DNA from: Patescibacteria group bacterium UBA7435
GTDB lineage: Bacteria > Patescibacteriota > Minisyncoccia > Phycocordibacterales > UBA918
Assembly: GCA_002477545.1 (NCBI GenBank)
Contig: DLQJ01000007.1
Span: forward strand, 19,942-83,941
Length of the DNA: 64,000 nucleotides
Direction of reading: 5' to 3'
In this document: positions 58,679 through 64,000 of the stretch, piece by piece
How positions within the stretch are numbered: the first letter of the stretch is position 1
Layout of the letters: every line of letters begins with the position of its first letter
Notes under the pieces: generated by a model
What the model saw: the letters and a program-made list of their open reading frames with translations, nothing else
Told to the model about the DNA's origin: nothing
The model's database searches: none
Made by a program: the position numbers and the translations under genes

Positions 58679-60382
58679 TTACACGATTTTTCCATTATGC
58701 AATCGATACACCATACGTGCAAGCCGTATCTGATTGTAATCGTATTCCTCATTTGTCGCTTCAAAAATAGGCTTCAATTTTTCAGTACCAACCTCATCCA
58801 TTACTGCCTGTAGTACCTCATATTCATCACTCCAATTTTTATACTGTGACGTAAGCGAGACAAGATCACTGTCAGTTAGATCTTGATCAACTACCAATTT
58901 CTCTAAGTGCGTCCAGACTGTCGATTCTCCAATTTTTCGTTTCTTTGCAATCTGTGGGACGGTATTTCCTTCGAGTAATGCTTCTTTAGTAAGGGCAAAT
59001 GTACTTTCTTTCTGAACCCGCTCGTACCCCTTCTTCTCCTGTACTTTAATTTCACCACTGACGTACTCGCCTCCTGAAGCTTTCACAAACGCCTTGTGCA
59101 TAGATTCAATCTCGTCTTCTTCCATTTCAGTAAAGGCATCTTCTGCTTGACCTGATTCATCTCTAAAGCGTGCGTCAATGGAAACAATCTTCGGGTCAAC
59201 ACGAAGTGCCGTTGGACTCATACCCAGCATCTTTAATCCAGCCAAAGTTCGCACCCGAGAAAGTGCTACATATCCCTGCCCATACACAAACGCTCGAGAA
59301 AGATCAATCTCAGCAGCATCAAGTGACATTCCCTGACTCTTGTGTACGGTAATAGCCCACGCAAGCCGCAATGGTACTTGAGTAACCTCAGCAAGTACTT
59401 TGTTATCCTCCGCCATACTCCAACTGGTTGGCTTAATGGTAATCTGCTTCCCTTCGGTGGTTTCGATTATTGGGTTTCCATCCTCACCATCAAAGTTCAC
59501 CACCCGTCCCAACGTTCCATTTACATACCCCTCCTCAAAGTTGTTCTTCGTACACATCACCATCGCTTCTTCCTTAAGTTCCAAAAGTTCAGGAGACAGA
59601 CAGTTCTTAGCTAATCCTTGTTGCATGATCTTATTCCCCACCCCACTCATCTTGAAACGTGTGACAGAACCTCCAAGCTCACCAAGTTTTGTTGCATTCA
59701 CTGAATCAACGTCGGCGTTGTGGGTATAGAGTTTCGTTGGCTCAATACCTTCATACGCAATCTCAGTTTGTTCCGAAAGGAGTGTAAAGTGCTCATCATC
59801 CACGTCGTTTTTTCGAATAGATTGCAGAAGACTTAAGAGCATCTCGTCTTCCTGACGATACTGATCGGTAAGGTAGCAAATAAGTGGTCGCGCATCTTCC
59901 CATCCACGTGATTCAAATGCGTAGCGCATCATGTCCCCCTGCCGAGTAACGGGAGGCAACTGAAAGAAGTCACCTACAAAAATTGTCTGGATACCACCAA
60001 ATGGTTCAGAACTCTGACGAATGGTCTTGCAGACAATATTCACCATATCAACCAACTTCCCATCAAGCATCGAAATCTCATCAATCACCAACACCTGTGC
60101 CTTCTTCACCCGCTTTACAATCTTTTCTTTGGTAGTAATCTGCTCAAGATCGTACTCATTAAGTTGATCGCGCGCGCCAATACCACTCCATGCATGGATT
60201 GTCATCCCACCAATGTGCGTTGCAGCAATCCCGGTACTCGCCGCCACAGCGACCTTCACCCCACATGCCTCAAGGTACGCAATGTATTGGTTGATCACAT
60301 ACGTCTTACCAGCACCCGGTTCTCCCGTTAGAAACACATTTCCTCCCGTCTTCAGAATTTCAAGCGCTCTGTCTTGTGTCAT
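58679..60382 (-). CDS. Pif1-family SF1 DNA helicase with C-terminal HTH-like extension
   Basis: Walker A 'GEPGAGKT', 'VLVIDEISM', 'QLPPV' and 'AITVHKSQGMSLD'. Confidence 0.8.
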   Translation of the reverse strand: MTQDRALEILKTGGNVFLTGEPGAGKTYVINQYIAYLEACGVKVAVAASTGIAATHIGGMTIHAWSGIGARDQLNEYDLEQITTKEKIVKRVKKAQVLVIDEISMLDGKLVDMVNIVCKTIRQSSEPFGGIQTIFVGDFFQLPPVTRQGDMMRYAFESRGWEDARPLICYLTDQYRQEDEMLLSLLQSIRKNDVDDEHFTLLSEQTEIAYEGIEPTKLYTHNADVDSVNATKLGELGGSVTRFKMSGVGNKIMQQGLAKNCLSPELLELKEEAMVMCTKNNFEEGYVNGTLGRVVNFDGEDGNPIIETTEGKQITIKPTSWSMAEDNKVLAEVTQVPLRLAWAITVHKSQGMSLDAAEIDLSRAFVYGQGYVALSRVRTLAGLKMLGMSPTALRVDPKIVSIDARFRDESGQAEDAFTEMEEDEIESMHKAFVKASGGEYVSGEIKVQEKKGYERVQKESTFALTKEALLEGNTVPQIAKKRKIGESTVWTHLEKLVVDQDLTDSDLVSLTSQYKNWSDEYEVLQAVMDEVGTEKLKPIFEATNEEYDYNQIRLARMVYRLHNGKIV

Positions 60383-60413
60383 AGTGCACGCAGTCTACCA
60401 TTATTGAAATGAT

Positions 60414-62390
60414 GTGGAAATAAAGACCTACTCAGAGGACGCACAGTGCGTTACAATGTATGGAATGAAAAAGGGTTCTTCACGATCTTTGACGGTTCGT
60501 CACGCAGATGCAAAAAAAAAGAAAATCACCGCCAAGAAAGCGGTTGTTAAAAAGTCTGCAAAAAAGACCGTTAGGAAAGTGAAAACCGTTACTAAGAAAG
60601 TGATTAAGAAGGTCGCTACAAAGAAGAAAGTGACTGCAAAGAAAACTCCTGCTAAAAAGACCATAGCTAAAACTGTCGCAGTAACACCGATTAAACGTGA
60701 ACCATTAGGTCATCTTCTTATTGAAAAACTCTTACGAGAAGCTGGGTTTCGTGGTGGCGTCTCAACGAACAAAGACATCCTTACACGATACAGTACTGAC
60801 GAAAGTATTTTTTGCATCCGTCCTCAGATTGCACTGCAGCCAAAAAATCAAACCGATATAGAAATTGCCGTACAAACGCTGCAAAAAGAAACTAACCGCT
60901 TCCCTTCAGTATCACTCACACCCAGAGCTGCTGGTACAGGACTTTCTGGTGGGTCGCTGACTGACTCGATCGTGATGGATGTCACAACCCACATGCATCA
61001 CATTGATGAAGTAGTAACTCACAAAGGAATAACAACCATTACCTGCGAACCAGGAGCGATGTGGCGAGATGTTGAAAAGAAACTTAAAAAGCACGGGGTT
61101 TATCTTCCTTCCTACCCTGCTTCAAAGGACATCTGTTCTATTGGAGGTGCTGTTGGTAACAACTCAGCAGGTCCAGATTCATTGCGTTACGGACACACCG
61201 CAGACTGGGTAGAATCACTAAACGTCACCCTGCACGATGGAAATACATACACCCTACGACCGCTTACATACAAGGAATACAAAATTCTTATTAAAAAGAA
61301 GAACGCACACGCCGAAATTGCCAAAGAAATTTTTGAGCTTATTGAAAAGAACGAAGAGTCAATCCAGCGCTGCAAACCCAAGACAAAAAAGAATTCTGCA
61401 GGATATCCTCTATGGGACGTTATGTCTACAACCGTTGCAAGCTTCAAGAAAGGAAACGGTACATTTGACCTAACCCACCTTATCTCAGGAAGCCAAGGAA
61501 CTATTGGAGTCATAACCTCAATAACGATGCGTACTGAGCCGATCCAAAACAACACACAATTAATTGTTGTGCCGGTATTTGATTTGCTTGATGCAGGAGC
61601 GGTTATCACTAAAGCACTTGAATTCAACCCAAACAACATCGAACTCTTCGATGGCTTCACCTTTGACTTAGCACTTAAAAACCCAGAATTCTTTAAGGAT
61701 CGACTCGGAAAGATCGACTACTATAAAGTGCTCTTGTCTATGTATACGACGTACCATGTACGCTACGCACGAAAAACTCCTGAGTTCACGCTTCTGATTA
61801 CTTTAGACACTGAAAAACTCGGAAAGCGGTCGGTTGCAGGTATTGTGAAAACATTGCGTGCAAATCGTGGTAAACGAGCGCGACTGGTACAAAACACTAT
61901 TGAAAAAGAAATGTTCTGGCAGATTCGTCGTGCAAGCTACACCCTTTCAAAATTCCAAGATCCAAACAAACGTCCTGCTGCCTTCCTTGAAGACATGACC
62001 GTGCCTCCGCAGAATCTTTCGCGTTTCTTTGTTGATATTAAAAAACTCCTAAAGAAATTTAATGTAACTGCAGCAGTACATGGACACGGAGGTAATGGAC
62101 ACTTACACTTCTATCCTCTATTAGATTTCACGAGTAAAGCAACTCCAGCGTTGGTAGAAAAGATGGCGGAAGAATTCTTTGCAACAGCTGTAAGGTACGA
62201 TGGAAATATTTGTGGTGAGCATAACGATGGAATTATTCGTACTCCACACCTCAACAAAATGTTTAATAAGAAAACATTAGAAATGTTCCGTACCGTTGAA
62301 CATACTTTTGACCCCACTGACATCTTTAATCCCGGAAAGAAGGTAAATCCTCGTTTTGATGTGAAAGAGTCTTTACGGAAGACAAATTAA
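60414..62390 (+). CDS. FAD-linked oxidase (FAD_binding_4, D-lactate dehydrogenase/GlcD-like) fused to an N-terminal lysine-rich histone-H1-like tract
   Basis: 'RAAGTGLSGGSL' FAD-binding motif. Residues about 30-95 are AKK/VKK repeats. The exact start is uncertain. Confidence 0.7.
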   Translation: MEIKTYSEDAQCVTMYGMKKGSSRSLTVRHADAKKKKITAKKAVVKKSAKKTVRKVKTVTKKVIKKVATKKKVTAKKTPAKKTIAKTVAVTPIKREPLGHLLIEKLLREAGFRGGVSTNKDILTRYSTDESIFCIRPQIALQPKNQTDIEIAVQTLQKETNRFPSVSLTPRAAGTGLSGGSLTDSIVMDVTTHMHHIDEVVTHKGITTITCEPGAMWRDVEKKLKKHGVYLPSYPASKDICSIGGAVGNNSAGPDSLRYGHTADWVESLNVTLHDGNTYTLRPLTYKEYKILIKKKNAHAEIAKEIFELIEKNEESIQRCKPKTKKNSAGYPLWDVMSTTVASFKKGNGTFDLTHLISGSQGTIGVITSITMRTEPIQNNTQLIVVPVFDLLDAGAVITKALEFNPNNIELFDGFTFDLALKNPEFFKDRLGKIDYYKVLLSMYTTYHVRYARKTPEFTLLITLDTEKLGKRSVAGIVKTLRANRGKRARLVQNTIEKEMFWQIRRASYTLSKFQDPNKRPAAFLEDMTVPPQNLSRFFVDIKKLLKKFNVTAAVHGHGGNGHLHFYPLLDFTSKATPALVEKMAEEFFATAVRYDGNICGEHNDGIIRTPHLNKMFNKKTLEMFRTVEHTFDPTDIFNPGKKVNPRFDVKESLRKTN

Positions 62391-62500
62391 GTCGTAACCA
62401 ACTCAAGTATCACATAAGTTTGAACTAGTGCCCTGATCACGTTTTTTGACATGGTATAGTAAAAATATCGTAGAGACTATTACATATAATATCTATAGTT

Positions 62501-63106
62501 ATGAAACAATACCGAATGTATGTAGCGGAGTTTATTGGAGCAGGTACACTTTCTCTGGCGGTTCTTCTTTCCGTTAGTACTGAACTGGGAACACTCGCAA
62601 CCCCCATCCTTGCAGCCTTAGTCCTTGGACTCTTTGTCTATACCATTGGAGGTGTTTCTGGATGCCACATCAACCCAGCAGTTACATTGGGCGTGTACGC
62701 ACGAGGGAAAATTAAGCTGGCACAAACTGTAGGATATATTGTTGCGCAATGTCTAGGCGCATTTGCGGCGATATTAATAGTAAGCAACACTGTTATGGAT
62801 CTAAGTGGGTACACAATGACTACACCAGAATCAATGAGTGTCTTTATTGCTGAATTTATAGGCATGGCCTTATTTACTTTCGGTATCGCAAGCGTTGCTT
62901 TCGGTAAGGTATCTCAGGTTGCTTCAGGAGTAGTTATCGGAGGTTCCCTACTCTTAGGAATCACAGTGGCATCATTACTCGGCTCAGCTGGGGTACTTAA
63001 TCCTGCAGTTGCATTAGCGCTGGGGACAGTAAGCTACAGTTATCTAGGTGCGATGATCTTAGGATCAATTGCTGGTATGCACTTGCATGGATGGCTGTGT
63101 GAGTAA
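62501..63106 (+). CDS. MIP-family channel (aquaporin-like), short form
   Basis: Two NPA boxes, 'HINPAVTLG' and 'LNPAVALA'. Confidence 0.8.
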   Translation: MKQYRMYVAEFIGAGTLSLAVLLSVSTELGTLATPILAALVLGLFVYTIGGVSGCHINPAVTLGVYARGKIKLAQTVGYIVAQCLGAFAAILIVSNTVMDLSGYTMTTPESMSVFIAEFIGMALFTFGIASVAFGKVSQVASGVVIGGSLLLGITVASLLGSAGVLNPAVALALGTVSYSYLGAMILGSIAGMHLHGWLCE

Positions 63107-63164
63107 GTTATAAACAAATTCTTTTAAGTTAACAGGAGTATAGTAAGAAAGAAAGGAGTTCTTT

Positions 63165-63404
63165 ATGGACAAACCAACACAAGCTGTTTTGGTAAAATCC
63201 ATTGATCTTACCAAAACAAGTATCGCTAAAATTACGCTCCATACTGGTGAATCTATTTCAATTAAACCTCATGTTGAACCCAAAGGGATTCTCTATGGAA
63301 GAGTCCCTCATGACGCACCAGGAAAATGGGGTACCTTACAAAATAAGCCACTAGAATTTAAAGTAGGCACTGTTCCAAGTTTATGGGACACAACCAAAGA
63401 ATAA
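63165..63404 (+). CDS. Hypothetical small protein
   Basis: RBS 'aaaggag' upstream. 79 aa. Confidence 0.35.
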   Translation: MDKPTQAVLVKSIDLTKTSIAKITLHTGESISIKPHVEPKGILYGRVPHDAPGKWGTLQNKPLEFKVGTVPSLWDTTKE

Positions 63405-63522
63405 ACCACCCAAATTTGGGTGGTTTGTTTTACTTATAGAGATTAATTTGACAAATTATATTTTAGTGGTATTTTTATGCAGTCAGTGCTTTTGCTGACA
63501 TAAGCAAGAAGAAAGGAATAGT

Positions 63523-63702
63523 ATGAGATTTGTACTATTACTGACACTTTCTTTGGTGCTTGTAACACCCATTACCGCAGCTGCGCAAGCAGTCGGGTGC
63601 GACAAGACACATACTTCTGAAAAGAAGAAAAAGACGTGTCACTGGACTCTTACAAAGGGAAAGGTTTGTCCGGAAACGGCAAGCTCGAAACTGAGTAAGT
63701 AG
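63523..63702 (+). CDS. Small secreted Cys-containing protein (59 aa), not in the ORF track
   Basis: RBS 'gaaaggaa', signal peptide 'MRFVLLLTLSLVLVTPITAAAQA', 3 Cys. Confidence 0.3.
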   Translation: MRFVLLLTLSLVLVTPITAAAQAVGCDKTHTSEKKKKTCHWTLTKGKVCPETASSKLSK

Positions 63703-63862
63703 TTCTACATCAACGAGTTCAGCGGATTAATTCGCTGGACTCACCTTGACAGATTTTTGTATCTAGGTACTATTGTCTATAGGTGCTGATGTACACCAAC
63801 TTCTTGCTTATCGTTGTCGGGCTAGCGGTAGCCTGCAACAACAAATATCATCAATATAAAAC

Positions 63863-63895
63863 CTGGTCGGCGAAATTTCGCCGGCCTTTTTCTTT
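63863..63895 (+). terminator. Rho-independent terminator
   Basis: 'ccggcgaaatttcgccgg' followed by TTTTT. Confidence 0.55.
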
Positions 63896-64000
63896 GGGGT
63901 GTGACCATAACCATGCCACTTATCGAACTAATCATCAAAGTACAGAAGAAACGGAGTGCGAAAGTAAGCTTCAACGGTATATAGAATTTTGTGTAGATAC

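Overview
The window reads as a stretch of a small, moderately AT-rich bacterial chromosome, with features that suggest a reduced-genome lineage. The evidence for that is archaeal-type AspRS, LOG, SPFH, a minimal cell-wall cluster (scpB-dac-mraY-ftsW-murG) and many small secreted or membrane proteins. It is dense with housekeeping genes: trpS, aspS, gltX, cysS, pepA, scpA and scpB, murI, lexA, dnaB, recR, truB, rplU, rpmA, rplI, ung, the pentose-phosphate operon zwf-gnd-pgl, and msrAB. There are also a P-type ATPase, a CaCA antiporter, CorA, an MFS transporter and an aquaporin. No rRNA, tRNA, CRISPR array, transposase or integrase was recognised. The signals the gene calls do not explain are listed here. 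(1) A perfect Cheo-type LexA box sits exactly in the 17-nt spacer of a -35/-10 promoter that drives a small ORF and then lexA. (2) Two tandem paralogous VirB2/TrbC-like small membrane proteins lie beside an SLT-like gene that lacks a clean start codon. (3) A 10-3-10 palindrome TGTGTAAGGG-N3-CCCTTACACA occurs three times, in two promoter regions. (4) A ~65-nt intergenic hairpin element with a conserved loop and compensatory stem changes occurs twice, after corA and after dnaB. (5) A GC-rich 480-nt ORF-free segment splits scpA from scpB. (6) Two paralogous secreted PG-binding-domain proteins carry extreme poly-Asp tails encoded by (GAY)n repeats. (7) A novel ~45-aa repeat domain is present in two adjacent proteins. 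(8) A FAD-linked oxidase is fused to a histone-H1-like lysine-rich N-terminus. (9) A bacterial SET-domain protein is present. All functional calls rest on motifs I recognised by eye; none is a database hit.
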